Positions 19,018 through 28,866 are shown, numbered from the stretch's first letter. The stretch: DNA of 41,286 nt from Thermoplasmata archaeon (GCA_046485165.1 JAWOHM010000130.1:1-41286); one strand, 5' to 3'. A program made the numbers and translations. Notes: generated from the letters alone by a model not told the origin.

Positions 19018-20352
19018 ATGAGCTTGGAACAGGACATACTGGCCAGGGTGAAGCCCACACCCGGGGAGGAATCCCGCATCAAGGAAACGGTCTCAAAGCT
19101 GGAAGCCAGGGTAATGGGCACCGATGCGGCCAAAGGCCATGACATCCAGCTGTGCCTTGTCGGCTCCATCGCCAAGGACACGTACCTCAAGGACCCGGAT
19201 GCGGACATATTCCTGCTATTCGACCCGAAGGTCCCCAGGGAGACGCTTGAGAAGGTCGGTCTGGCCATCGGCCGGGAGGCCATTGACGGCAGGGAGCATT
19301 ATGCGGAGCATCCCTACATCAAGGGCGAGTTCATGGGACTCAGGGCGGACATAGTTCCGGCTTACAGGATAATCGATTCCAGCCAGAAGATGACCGCGGT
19401 GGACCGCACGCCCTTCCACACGGAATACGTCAAGGCCAACCTCGCCACGGAGCTTCGCGACGACGTCCGCCTGCTCAAGGCATTAATGAAGGGCATCGGA
19501 ATATACGGCGCGGACGCAAAAACAATCGGTTTTTCAGGCTATCTATGCGAGCTGTTGATAATCAGGTTCGGCGGCTTTTGCAAGCTCCTGGAGAATGCCG
19601 CGCGCTGGCGAACCGGCATGCGCCTGGAACTGGGGACCAGGACCGGGAGGGCGTACGATGACCCCATCACGTTCATAGACCCGGTGGACCCCAACCGGAA
19701 CGTCGCGTCTGCCGTTTCTGCGGACAGTTTCGCGTTGTTCATTGCCGCATCCCGTGCCTACATCGAGAGCCCGAGGCAGGAATTCTACTTCCCGAATCCG
19801 ATAAAGGCGCTCAAGGTCGGCGGCATAAAGAAGGCGCTGGCAGAAAGGGGCGGCATAATATCCCTCACAATCCCCCGGCCTGACCTGATAGATGACATAC
19901 TGTTCCCCCAGATGCGGAAATTCGAGCGGAATGCCGTCCAGCATCTTGAGTCGGGCGGTTTTGCGGTCATGGATTCATACAGCCATGCTCTGGAGGATTC
20001 GCTGGTCATCATCCTGGAATTGCAATCCGCGGAACTGCCCGCGGCAATGCTGCACCGCGGCCCCCCGGTCTCGGTGGCAGAGAACTCTGAGAATTTCCTT
20101 GCCAAGTGGCGGACCAGCCCGGACGCGCTCTCGCCCCCCTTCATCAAGGGCGGCTGCTGGCAGGTCTTCGCCCGAAGGAAGCACACATCGGCCGCGGAAC
20201 ATCTGCGGCACGGCCTGGATTCCATCGACGCCGGAAAGGACCTGAACCGGCTGCGGGACAGCGCAAGGATTCACGAAAAAGCCGCGGGCGAACCCGGGAT
20301 TCTGCAAGCACTCTCAGCATACCTGGACAGAAGAATGCCCTGGGATAGATGA
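19018..20352 (+). CDS. cca: CCA-adding enzyme (archaeal class I)
   Basis: VGSIAKDTYLKDPDADIF, YAEHPY, AVDRTPFHT, GFSGYLCELL, DPVDPNRNVASA. Confidence 0.95.
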   Translation: MSLEQDILARVKPTPGEESRIKETVSKLEARVMGTDAAKGHDIQLCLVGSIAKDTYLKDPDADIFLLFDPKVPRETLEKVGLAIGREAIDGREHYAEHPYIKGEFMGLRADIVPAYRIIDSSQKMTAVDRTPFHTEYVKANLATELRDDVRLLKALMKGIGIYGADAKTIGFSGYLCELLIIRFGGFCKLLENAARWRTGMRLELGTRTGRAYDDPITFIDPVDPNRNVASAVSADSFALFIAASRAYIESPRQEFYFPNPIKALKVGGIKKALAERGGIISLTIPRPDLIDDILFPQMRKFERNAVQHLESGGFAVMDSYSHALEDSLVIILELQSAELPAAMLHRGPPVSVAENSENFLAKWRTSPDALSPPFIKGGCWQVFARRKHTSAAEHLRHGLDSIDAGKDLNRLRDSARIHEKAAGEPGILQALSAYLDRRMPWDR

Positions 20353-20622
20353 TTACTGCCTATATGCCGAAAATGCTCAGCACTTTAGGGCTGAGATGAA
20401 TCGGCATCGGCAGTAACGAGATATGCCGTTGCATGCCGTACATTTGCAATCATAGCAAATCGAAGCCATTGTGCTTTGATGAACAGGCATGCTCCATTTT
20501 GACATTTCAAAATGGGTTTGCCGAATCTTGATTCGGCATATAACTTATCATGGGTAAACTTCCAGCCCCGAATCATCCTGACGATACCATTAAGAGTCAA
20601 CGCCAGCCACTTTAGGGGCTGG
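20353..20622 (+). other. Hairpin-dense intergenic element C
   Basis: At least seven stems; ACTTTAGG loop repeated in the first and last hairpins. Confidence 0.5.
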
Positions 20623-20626
20623 TAGT

Positions 20627-21325
20627 TTACGGCAGATGCTTGAGGGTGAACGCGTAGCCATCATGGGCATTGCCGTTCGTGTCGCTGGCCGTTATGGTGA
20701 AAGTCTGGAACTGGGTGACATTGCTGATTGTTGACTCGAATAATATGACATTGGAGGTCTGCGTCATTGTTTGCCCGCTTTGTTCCCCCCACGCAATCCT
20801 CACCGTGTTGATGTCCACGGCTGTGTTGTCAGTTACCTGCGCCCGGACCGTGATATCTGTCACGTTGGCCGGGATGTGGGCTTCGAAGCTGCCCAGGCCG
20901 GAGGCTGTCACGTTGGCCGAACCGCCATCCCACATGACCTGCACTTTCCGTATCTCGGGGGACGCAAGGTCATTGAACGGGGGGTTGCAGAGCATCACCC
21001 AGACAGCAAGGAACACCAGGAAATATGTGGACATGACCCCGACCCACTGCATGGGCTTGAAGGGTGCCACATCTATGCCCGTCTTGGGTATGAGAACCCA
21101 GATGATGCCGATGCCAGCCAATCCCGCCAGGATGCCGCCTGAAAAGCCGCCCACCGGCATGACGAACATGGCGACCAGGCCCATGGGTATTGAGAATAAC
21201 GCCGCTATGATTGTGGCCTTGGAGACGCCGACCTCGGTCATGACGAACTCCTTCCTGTCGAATTTCGGCGGCTTGTACTCCCGCTCCTCCTTCTTCTCCT
21301 CCTGCCGTTTCCTTTTCTTGGCCAT
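20627..21325 (-). CDS. Hypothetical membrane protein (about 3 TM plus beta-rich C-terminal domain)
   Basis: Charged N-terminus, three hydrophobic segments, Ig-like-looking tail (ITASDTNGN). Confidence 0.75.
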   Translation of the reverse strand: MAKKRKRQEEKKEEREYKPPKFDRKEFVMTEVGVSKATIIAALFSIPMGLVAMFVMPVGGFSGGILAGLAGIGIIWVLIPKTGIDVAPFKPMQWVGVMSTYFLVFLAVWVMLCNPPFNDLASPEIRKVQVMWDGGSANVTASGLGSFEAHIPANVTDITVRAQVTDNTAVDINTVRIAWGEQSGQTMTQTSNVILFESTISNVTQFQTFTITASDTNGNAHDGYAFTLKHLP

Positions 21326-21390
21326 CAACGCCCCCTAAATCCATGTCGCATAAAAATCTATTGCAGAATGGTGAGATAATGATTATCCAA

Positions 21391-21674
21391 CATGCCCCGC
21401 CTGTACGAACTTTGTAGTACCCCATTGATGTGCTAACATCAAAGTGAGTGAGACGATAAGCCTCCTGGCTTTTACCCAGGCTTATCGTTGTACGAGGATT
21501 GTAGCTACCCAGCATTTTATTAACATCAATCCAAGCCAGACGAGGCACAGCCTCGTCCTTTCTCAGCCTGAGGGCTTCGAGCCAGCCGAATTGTGCACAA
21601 TTCGGCGACGAGGGCGGGGTTTTCATCCATTTTCATGGCAAGTGGGGCTAGTCCAAGACAGCCGAAGCTGAGAA
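21391..21674. other. Hairpin-dense intergenic element D
   Basis: ACGATAAGCCT/AGGCTTATCGT, GACGAGGC/GCCTCGTC, 22-bp perfect palindrome 21585-21606, TTCTCAGC/GCTGAGAA. Confidence 0.45.
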
Positions 21675-21675
21675 T

Positions 21676-21720
21676 CAAAACAAATGAAAATATGAAAAGG
21701 GGAGCGCCCGAAGGCGCTCC
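21676..21720 (-). terminator. Terminator of the S-layer-like gene
   Basis: GGAGCGCC-UUCG-GGCGCUCC on the minus strand followed by U-rich tracts. Confidence 0.8.
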
Positions 21721-21736
21721 ATTCTGTTTCAGGTTT

Positions 21737-24463
21737 CTACGGTTCCACGAGTTCCTGTTGCGGTGCCTCGGCCGGTGCCTCGGCTGGCTCGAAGGGCTCG
21801 TTGTCGTCCTCGAAGTTGTCGAAGTCCTCGTCGCCGTCATCGTATGGCTCGCCCTTGAACATGTTGTACACGAACAGGAGTATTGCCAGCACGATGATGA
21901 AGAACAGGAACAGCGCGAGGGCCTTGAGGCCTGCGTCGAACCAGTTCAGCTCAACCGGGTTGTAGGATTCTCCTGGCAGTGAGCTCATCACGGATATATC
22001 GAATGTCTCACCGTCGCCCGAGTATGGGCCGCTTCCGGCGTTGTTGATACCGTGTACGGTGACCTCAATGGTGTAAGGCTTGCCATTGACCATGTCCTTG
22101 TCCGCGAACATATCGTAGGTGACGTCGAAGGTTGCGCCCGGTGCAAGGTCGATGATTCTTATCAATTCTATCCTTGCGCCCGGCTTGCTGTAGACGCCAT
22201 CAGCGTACAGGTTTATCTCGACTATCTCCCTGACGTTGTCCACATCGAGCGATTCCATGGTGTAGAACATCTCAGAGGGGAACTCCGAATCCGTCCAGGC
22301 TACGCCGCCTCCGTTGCCAGAGTCGCCCCACTGGCTGAATACTTCAGTCCAGTCGAACTGGTCCTTGAAGTCCCTCTCGAAGTCCCAGCTGTCGTATACC
22401 TCGGTGTCGTCGCAGGGTATGGTTATGAACACATCCCTCAGGGTCTCGTCGCCGACGTTCTCGATTGTCAAGACCATATCGAAGCCCTTGCCGGGTACGA
22501 TGTCCTCTGCGGTGAAGGCCGCTATCTGTATCCTCGGGCCGTAGCCGCTGAGGTCGATTACAGCGCCGTGCCTGTAGTCCAGGGTGACGCTCACTATCTC
22601 AAGGGTTTCCTCTATGACCGCGGTTATCTCGACCTGGAACGGGTATCTGTCCGGCACGAAGCTCGGGTCCGTGTCCACGGTGAAGGTTGGGGCTATGCTA
22701 GCTCCTGCAGCCCACGCTGTAGCCAACGGGGCCACCTCGTTCATGTTGTTGGCCCACACCAGCGGGTTGCGCATGTTGATGACCGGCATGTACCACGGGG
22801 TTCCGGTGAAGTTCGCCCTCACCATCACGTGGATGAATGCGTACTTCTCGTTGTTCTGGATGTTCACAGTTATGGTCTCCGCGACTATGTTGGCCTTGTC
22901 TCCGTGTGTGCCTGCCGTGACGCTTGTCACAAGGCAGTTGATGTCCTCATCGGCGACGGCTATGCTGAAGATTATCTGAAGGTCTGCGCCGCCGTTGGTT
23001 GCCATGAACCCGGTCGAACCGCCAAGCGCTCCGTCGTCAACGTAGAAGCCGCGGTACAGTATGGGCAGCCTGTGCTCGCCTATGGGTATGTTCTTCAGGA
23101 CGATCATTTCGATCGTGAACGTCCTTTCTTCGCCAACAGCCAGATCGAAAGTGTCAGTGATAGTGTCATAAGACACAGTGCCAGTAGAGCTGGGCCAGAA
23201 GAACTTGGGGTTGCGAAAGTAGGTCCAGAGTGTCGTTGATGTGCCCGGAATGATCTCAAGCTCGAGGTTGAACAGGTCGCTGTTGCCGTTGTTGATTATG
23301 GTCACGTTGACCTTGATCTTCCTGTCAGTGTATGTGTCCTGTTCTATTGTCGGTATATCATATATGCCCTCGGTCGAGTAGTCAATCTGCCTAGTCTCGT
23401 CCTCGATTATCTCGACATTGGTTGCGTAGCACTGGAACTCTGACCACAGCGTGTCGGTTCCGGGGGTGTAGGGGTGCGTGTCCTTGAAGTTGTAGTCCAC
23501 TGTGTAGTCGATGTTCCTGGTGGCTTCATTTATTGTCACATCCACTCCGTTCACAGTCCTGACGAACTGTACGGCAGCGGTTCCGGCATAGACGCCCGGC
23601 GGTGTGTTCTCTGCAACATTCACTCTCCAGTTAAGATTTCTGGCGGTCATTGTTGCCACTGCGCCGACGTACTTGGCGACACCGGTGTGCACCAATGTGA
23701 TCTGGTTTGCAGGGGTTGTGGTCGGGGCCGTCAGCGTTATCTGCGGGTCCTTGATGTTTATCAATGCCCTGTTCTGGAAGGCCACGAATGCCGCCTTGAA
23801 CTCGTCTCCGGCCTCGAAAGGCGCGTCTCCGCCAGTGGAGTTATCCTTGACGTAGTCGCCGGATACCCTTGTGAACACGTGAGCCGTATCCATGTTTGTC
23901 CTGTCGTGGAATATTGACGAGATGTAGATGTCAATCCCGATGTTACCGCTGACAGGTGTTCCGCTCGGGTCCTCTGTCACGCGTATGTTGAGCGGGTATG
24001 AGCGCTCCACAATGCCGGTGGCGTCCGTGTCGATGGTAAGGTCAATGGTCTGTGTGAGCGAACCGCCCCATTGTGCGATTGTCACCAGTTCATCAACGCC
24101 CTCTCCGACCTTGACCGGGCCGGAGTCTGTTGTGGTCTGGAGCTGGAATCTGACATCCACTCCGGGGTTTGCGCCGGCGACGACTACGAACTGAATCGCG
24201 CATTCGTCCTCGCCGAGGTATATGGCCTGGTTTGTGCCTCCGTTGCCAGCCTCGTTAATCACGATTGGCTGATCAGAGTCTAGTGCCACGGTCGGGTCCT
24301 TGTACATGTTTGCGTCGTTGTAGGCAATGGTGTACTGTGTGCCGGTACCGCTGGTTATGGTGACGGCTTCATCTGCAATCGCTGGCGCGCTAAACGCTAC
24401 CAGCCCGCTCATTATCATCATTCCCACCAAAAGAAGGGATAATTCCTTCCTCCAAGTTTTCAT
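21737..24463 (-). CDS. Secreted, C-terminally anchored S-layer-like (CARDB/COG1361-like) protein
   Basis: Signal peptide, Ig-like motifs (VTIINNG, LTIENVG, LAPG), C-terminal TM helix and acidic tail; GGAGG SD, AT-rich upstream region, strong terminator. Confidence 0.75.
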   Translation of the reverse strand: MKTWRKELSLLLVGMMIMSGLVAFSAPAIADEAVTITSGTGTQYTIAYNDANMYKDPTVALDSDQPIVINEAGNGGTNQAIYLGEDECAIQFVVVAGANPGVDVRFQLQTTTDSGPVKVGEGVDELVTIAQWGGSLTQTIDLTIDTDATGIVERSYPLNIRVTEDPSGTPVSGNIGIDIYISSIFHDRTNMDTAHVFTRVSGDYVKDNSTGGDAPFEAGDEFKAAFVAFQNRALINIKDPQITLTAPTTTPANQITLVHTGVAKYVGAVATMTARNLNWRVNVAENTPPGVYAGTAAVQFVRTVNGVDVTINEATRNIDYTVDYNFKDTHPYTPGTDTLWSEFQCYATNVEIIEDETRQIDYSTEGIYDIPTIEQDTYTDRKIKVNVTIINNGNSDLFNLELEIIPGTSTTLWTYFRNPKFFWPSSTGTVSYDTITDTFDLAVGEERTFTIEMIVLKNIPIGEHRLPILYRGFYVDDGALGGSTGFMATNGGADLQIIFSIAVADEDINCLVTSVTAGTHGDKANIVAETITVNIQNNEKYAFIHVMVRANFTGTPWYMPVINMRNPLVWANNMNEVAPLATAWAAGASIAPTFTVDTDPSFVPDRYPFQVEITAVIEETLEIVSVTLDYRHGAVIDLSGYGPRIQIAAFTAEDIVPGKGFDMVLTIENVGDETLRDVFITIPCDDTEVYDSWDFERDFKDQFDWTEVFSQWGDSGNGGGVAWTDSEFPSEMFYTMESLDVDNVREIVEINLYADGVYSKPGARIELIRIIDLAPGATFDVTYDMFADKDMVNGKPYTIEVTVHGINNAGSGPYSGDGETFDISVMSSLPGESYNPVELNWFDAGLKALALFLFFIIVLAILLFVYNMFKGEPYDDGDEDFDNFEDDNEPFEPAEAPAEAPQQELVEP

Positions 24464-24774
24464 ATAGTTTCCTCCTTGTTTTTTTGGCTTGTTCGTTCTT
24501 TCTCTTCGTTCCCATTTTCTATGTTAAGTCGTCGAATATTGCGCCGGTATATAAAGATTGCGTTTGTTTGCAAGTATAAGTATATAAATGTTAAATATAA
24601 TTGATTACATAGAATCAATGGCTGTATGCAAAATTAAGGCGATAATATGCATTTTTAAGGGACCCGAGTAGCGGGGTCTACTATATAATGCTTTCGTGAT
24701 TTTTTCTGCTGAATATATCGTCAAGAGTCGAAACAGGGTATTTCGGGATAGCAATGGTGTTTGCCAGGGTCTGA

Positions 24775-24906
24775 GATTGTAGATTGTAGATTGTAGAATT
24801 TAGATTTGTGCCAATAATATGCCTGCCAAGAATATAGAATCAGCTGGCCGTAGTTGGACGGCCAGTCCGTTAAATCGTAAATCTAAAATCCCTAAATATA
24901 CAATCG
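24775..24906 (-). repeat. Heptamer-flanked MITE-like repeat, copy A3 (inverted)
   Basis: Reverse complement reads GATTTTAGATTTACGATTTAACGGACTGGCCGTCCAACTACGGCCAGC...AATCTACAATCTACAATC, matching A2. Confidence 0.8.
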
Positions 24907-24951
24907 CTTCCCCCGGAAAACATTATCAACGCCGAGCCTTATGCGCCGGCA

Positions 24952-25707
24952 ATGACAGAAATGACGCTGCTGCTGCTCGGCCGCGATGGAAAAAGGCATC
25001 TGGTGCGCACCGGCCTGGGCGTGAAGGAGATTCCCGGCCTGGGCGTGGTGGACACATCCAGGCTCGCAGAGGCTCTTCCCGGTTCAAGCATAACCATCGC
25101 GGGAAAGGAGTTCTTCCTGGCGGAAGCCTCTCTCCCCGACATCCTGGCCTGCCTCAAGAGGGGCGCGCAGATAATACTGCCCAAGGATTCTGGCCAGATA
25201 GTGATGGGCTGCGGCATCGGCCCAGGCAAGAAGATTCTGGAGGTGGGCACCGGCAGCGGGGCGCTGACCATCGCCCTGGCTCATTTCGTCGGTTCGGAAG
25301 GGAAGGTCGTGACCTATGAGTCCAATCCAAAGCATGCGAAGAATGCCCGCTCCAACATCCAGCTTGCCGGATTCGACAGCATCGTGGAGATGAGGGAATC
25401 CGATGCCAGCACTTGCGCCGAGGAATCCGCCTACGATGCCGCGATCATGGACATGCCGGACCCCTGGACGGTGCTCGGGCCAATGACAAAAGCCCTGAAA
25501 ATGGGCGGGTACGTCTGCGCCTACGTCCCCACAATGAACCAGGCCGAGGCAGTGATAAAAGCAATGCGGGATGCTGGATATGCTGACACCCATGTGTTGG
25601 AGAACATTCAGCGCGAGATTGTTGTGGGCGAGGGCGGGACACGCCCGTCATTCGAGATGCTGGGGCATACTGGGTATCTGTGCTTTGGGAGAAAGGTGAA
25701 GGCCTGA
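24952..25707 (+). CDS. trmI: tRNA (adenine-N1)-methyltransferase TrmI
   Basis: KRGAQIILPKD, LEVGTGSGALT, DMPDPW, TRP...HTGYL. Confidence 0.93.
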   Translation: MTEMTLLLLGRDGKRHLVRTGLGVKEIPGLGVVDTSRLAEALPGSSITIAGKEFFLAEASLPDILACLKRGAQIILPKDSGQIVMGCGIGPGKKILEVGTGSGALTIALAHFVGSEGKVVTYESNPKHAKNARSNIQLAGFDSIVEMRESDASTCAEESAYDAAIMDMPDPWTVLGPMTKALKMGGYVCAYVPTMNQAEAVIKAMRDAGYADTHVLENIQREIVVGEGGTRPSFEMLGHTGYLCFGRKVKA

Positions 25708-25717
25708 AATTCATTGT

Positions 25718-26054
25718 CCGCACCCGGGATTATGAGGGGTAGGGTTGACCGGATGCCCCACAATCACACACATAAGATTGAAAAAAAGCCTTCTGTGCAA
25801 GAGCTGATAGATTGGGGCACCTAGGTACGGTCAACCGGTGCCATAGTCCTGGAACCGGGTTGAGTGCCGATTTAAACACCCCCCTGGGCTGACACCCAGG
25901 GCCCCCAAAGGATGATGACGTTAATCGGTCACCATGCCAGATTTCAGTAATCTGGCATTATGACCCCGCCCTTATGCTTACAGAATGGTCAAGTAGGCGG
26001 GGCATGGCCTGGCTAATCGGTGCCGGAGCCACATGCCGGGACGGTGTGGTGCGG
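25718..26054. mobile_element. Structured non-coding element B2 (homologous to B1)
   Basis: Same ordered conserved blocks as B1; terminal CCGCACC/GGTGCGG inverted repeat; nested stems GGTTGACCG/CGGTCAACC and TGCCCCA/TGGGGCA. Confidence 0.6.
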
Positions 26055-26086
26055 TCTCGTTTTAATCGATGACACTTGAAACCCAT

Positions 26087-27541
26087 TCAAGCGCTCTTTT
26101 TCCTGAATTCCATCAGATCCCTGTATGTCAGTATCAGATTTTTGGCTGCATCGGTTTCGTTCAACCTGCGCACGGACGCACAGGTCGGGGCGCCGTGCAG
26201 CACCTCCGCGGGCTCGTTCACAACCTTCTCCAGCGCATCAACGAACCCGTCCAGAGTGGCTTTCGATTCGGTTTCGGTCGGCTCTATCATGATGGCTTCC
26301 TCCACTATCAGCGGGAAATACACGGTTGGCGGATGGTATCCGTGATCGATGAGCCGCTTGGCCACATCCAGCGTCCTGATGCCTTTCGCCTTGAGTTTCG
26401 CTCCCGATGCCACGAACTCATGCTTTCTCAGGCCCGGGTAAGGCACATCCAGGAATTTTTCCACCTTTTTTCTCATATAGTTTGAGTTCAGCACGGCCCT
26501 TTCAGTGGCCTGGGTGAGGCCGTCCCCGCCCTGGGACAGTATGTATGCGTAAGCACGGAGCAGCACCCCCCAGTTGCCATGGAACCCATGCACCTTCCCG
26601 ATGGATTTGGGCATGTCGTAGTTCAGGTAATAACCATCTCCTTTCTTCGCGGCCACCGGCACAGGCAGGAACTCGGCCAGCCTCTCCACCACACCCACCG
26701 GCCCGGCGCCCGGCCCGCCGCCGCCATGGGGGGTCGAGAACGTCTTGTGCAGGTTCAGATGCACGATGTCGAAGCCCATCTTTCCCGGGCTGGTCTTGCC
26801 CATTATGGCGTTGAAGTTGGCGCCGTCGTAGTACAGCAATCCGCCCGCGCCATGCACTATCCTGGCAATCTCTTTCACATCGGATTCGAAGATGCCCAGG
26901 GTGTTTGGGTTGGTCAGCATGAAAGCCGCGGTCCTCTCGGAAACAGCGGCAGCCAGCGCGTCCAGGTCCACTTTCCCGTCCTTCGAGGGTATGGTCACGA
27001 TGTCGAAGCCGGCCATTGCCGCGCTTGCCGGGTTCGTGCCATGCGATGTGTCAGGCAGAACCACCTGGTCCCGCTTCTCGCCCCTGGACTCATGGTACGC
27101 CCTGGCGATGAGCATGCCAGTGAACTCCCCGTGGGCGCCTGCGGCAGGCTGAAGGCTCATGGCCTTCATCCCGGTTATGTGGGCCAGCATCTCCTGCAAC
27201 TCGTACATTATCTGGAGTGTGCCCTGGACCTGCGAATCCGGCTGGTGCGGGTGCGCCATGGCAGCTTCTGGAAGCGATGCCAACTCGTCATTTATCTTGG
27301 GATTGTACTTCATGGTGCAGGAGCCCAGCGGGTAGAAGCCGGAATCTACTCCAAAGTTCATCTGCGAGAGCTGGGTGAAATGCTTCACCAGGTCGCGCTC
27401 GCACAATCTGGGGATGTTCGCCCTCTCTTTCCTGATCACGCCATCAGGTAAATATTCATTTAATTTTATATTATCTATTGAATCATCAGAGAAAGCTTCA
27501 TAGATTATTGGCACGTCATGCCTGGCCTGCCTGTAGCTCAT
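26087..27541 (-). CDS. gcvPB: Glycine dehydrogenase (decarboxylating) subunit 2
   Basis: FYPLGSCTMKYNP, QPAAGAHGE, HGTNPASA, HLNLHKTFSTPHGGGGPG, IEPTETES. Confidence 0.96.
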   Translation of the reverse strand: MSYRQARHDVPIIYEAFSDDSIDNIKLNEYLPDGVIRKERANIPRLCERDLVKHFTQLSQMNFGVDSGFYPLGSCTMKYNPKINDELASLPEAAMAHPHQPDSQVQGTLQIMYELQEMLAHITGMKAMSLQPAAGAHGEFTGMLIARAYHESRGEKRDQVVLPDTSHGTNPASAAMAGFDIVTIPSKDGKVDLDALAAAVSERTAAFMLTNPNTLGIFESDVKEIARIVHGAGGLLYYDGANFNAIMGKTSPGKMGFDIVHLNLHKTFSTPHGGGGPGAGPVGVVERLAEFLPVPVAAKKGDGYYLNYDMPKSIGKVHGFHGNWGVLLRAYAYILSQGGDGLTQATERAVLNSNYMRKKVEKFLDVPYPGLRKHEFVASGAKLKAKGIRTLDVAKRLIDHGYHPPTVYFPLIVEEAIMIEPTETESKATLDGFVDALEKVVNEPAEVLHGAPTCASVRRLNETDAAKNLILTYRDLMEFRKKSA

Positions 27542-28866
27542 TGCAGCACCTCCCTCAGTGCCCGGGCGTATTTCTGCACATCATCATCGCCCGTCGTATC
27601 GCTCACAGCCACAAGCAGGCAATTTTCCATGCCTTCGAGGGCCATCTCCACGCCCGGAATCACTCCCCTTTCCGACATCTTTTCGATGAGCTTTTCCGCC
27701 TTGATGGGGAACCGGGCAACGAACTCGTTGAAGCCCGGCCCCGTGAATACGGGTGCCACGCATTCTTTCACCGAGGAAATTGCCTTTGCCAGCTCTCGGG
27801 ATTTTCTCATTGTGAGAACCGCGCTCTCCCGCAGCCCGGAGCCGCCCTTCAGCGCCATGTATGCACCCGTCGCCACTATCGTCAACGCTTCATTAGAACA
27901 GATGTTGGATGTGGCTTTCTCCCGGCGGATGTGCTGCTCCCTGGTCTGGAGCGTCATGCAGAACGCGGTCCTGCCTTCGATGTCCGTTGTCAGTCCGATT
28001 ACCCTGCCCGGCATCTTCCTGACGTGCTGTTTTCTGCATCCCATTATGCCGAGCATCGGGCCCCCGAAGTTGGGGAAGTTGCCCAGCATCTGGCCATCGG
28101 ATACCACTATGTCCGCGCCGTAGTCGCCGGGCGGCCGCACGACCGCCAGCGAGAGCGCGTTGACGCCTGCCACCAGAATCCTGTCGCCGAGTGCCCGGCG
28201 CATCTCGTCCACCCCGGCCTCCAGCACACCCAGGCAGTTTGGCGTCTCCACCAGCGCGCCGAAGACATCATCCCCAAGCTTTGCTTTGAAATCCGCCATG
28301 TCGGCCTGCCCCGTCTTCCTGTCATAAGCGTATTTCACGAGCTTGATCCCCGGCCCTTTGCAGTAATTCTCCAGCACGGATTGCCTGGGCCAGGATATGG
28401 TCTCCGGGATGAGGAAAACGCTACCGCGCTTCAATCTCTGCGCCATTAGCGCCGCTTCACCCAGCCCGGTGGCGTAATCGTACAGCGAGTTGTTGACCAC
28501 TTCCATGCCAGTAAGTTCGGACATCATGCTCTGGTATTCCCAGAGGACTTGGAGAAGGCCCTGGCTGGTCTCCGGCTGGTACGGCGTGTAGGAAGTCAGG
28601 AATTCCGAGCGGCCGACAATGGATTTAACCGCTGAAGGAACATAGCAATCGTATGCGCCGCCGCCCAAGAAGCCAGCAATCTTGTTTATGGGCACATTTT
28701 TTGAGAGAATCGCCCCGATGCGCGACCTCACTTCCTGCTCGCACATCCCTTTTTCCAGCTTGGAAATCTCTGACCTCGCTTCCTGCGGGATGTCCCCGAA
28801 GAGCTCATCCATCTCCTTCATGCCCAATGCTGCCAGCATTTCCTCCGTGTCCCTGTCGTGCGCCAT
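27538..28866 (-). CDS. gcvPA: Glycine dehydrogenase (decarboxylating) subunit 1
   Basis: FLTSYTPYQPETSQG, PGRVIG, LQTREQHIRREKATSNICSN. ATG 28866 after GGTGGT. Confidence 0.95.
   Translation of the reverse strand: MAHDRDTEEMLAALGMKEMDELFGDIPQEARSEISKLEKGMCEQEVRSRIGAILSKNVPINKIAGFLGGGAYDCYVPSAVKSIVGRSEFLTSYTPYQPETSQGLLQVLWEYQSMMSELTGMEVVNNSLYDYATGLGEAALMAQRLKRGSVFLIPETISWPRQSVLENYCKGPGIKLVKYAYDRKTGQADMADFKAKLGDDVFGALVETPNCLGVLEAGVDEMRRALGDRILVAGVNALSLAVVRPPGDYGADIVVSDGQMLGNFPNFGGPMLGIMGCRKQHVRKMPGRVIGLTTDIEGRTAFCMTLQTREQHIRREKATSNICSNEALTIVATGAYMALKGGSGLRESAVLTMRKSRELAKAISSVKECVAPVFTGPGFNEFVARFPIKAEKLIEKMSERGVIPGVEMALEGMENCLLVAVSDTTGDDDVQKYARALREVLQ

Noticed and set aside
717-23917. Many long antisense or alternate-frame ORFs (e.g. 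717-1460, 10621-11388, 17776-18639, 22052-23239)
   Set aside because: Shadow ORFs of GC-rich genuine genes with no motifs of their own.
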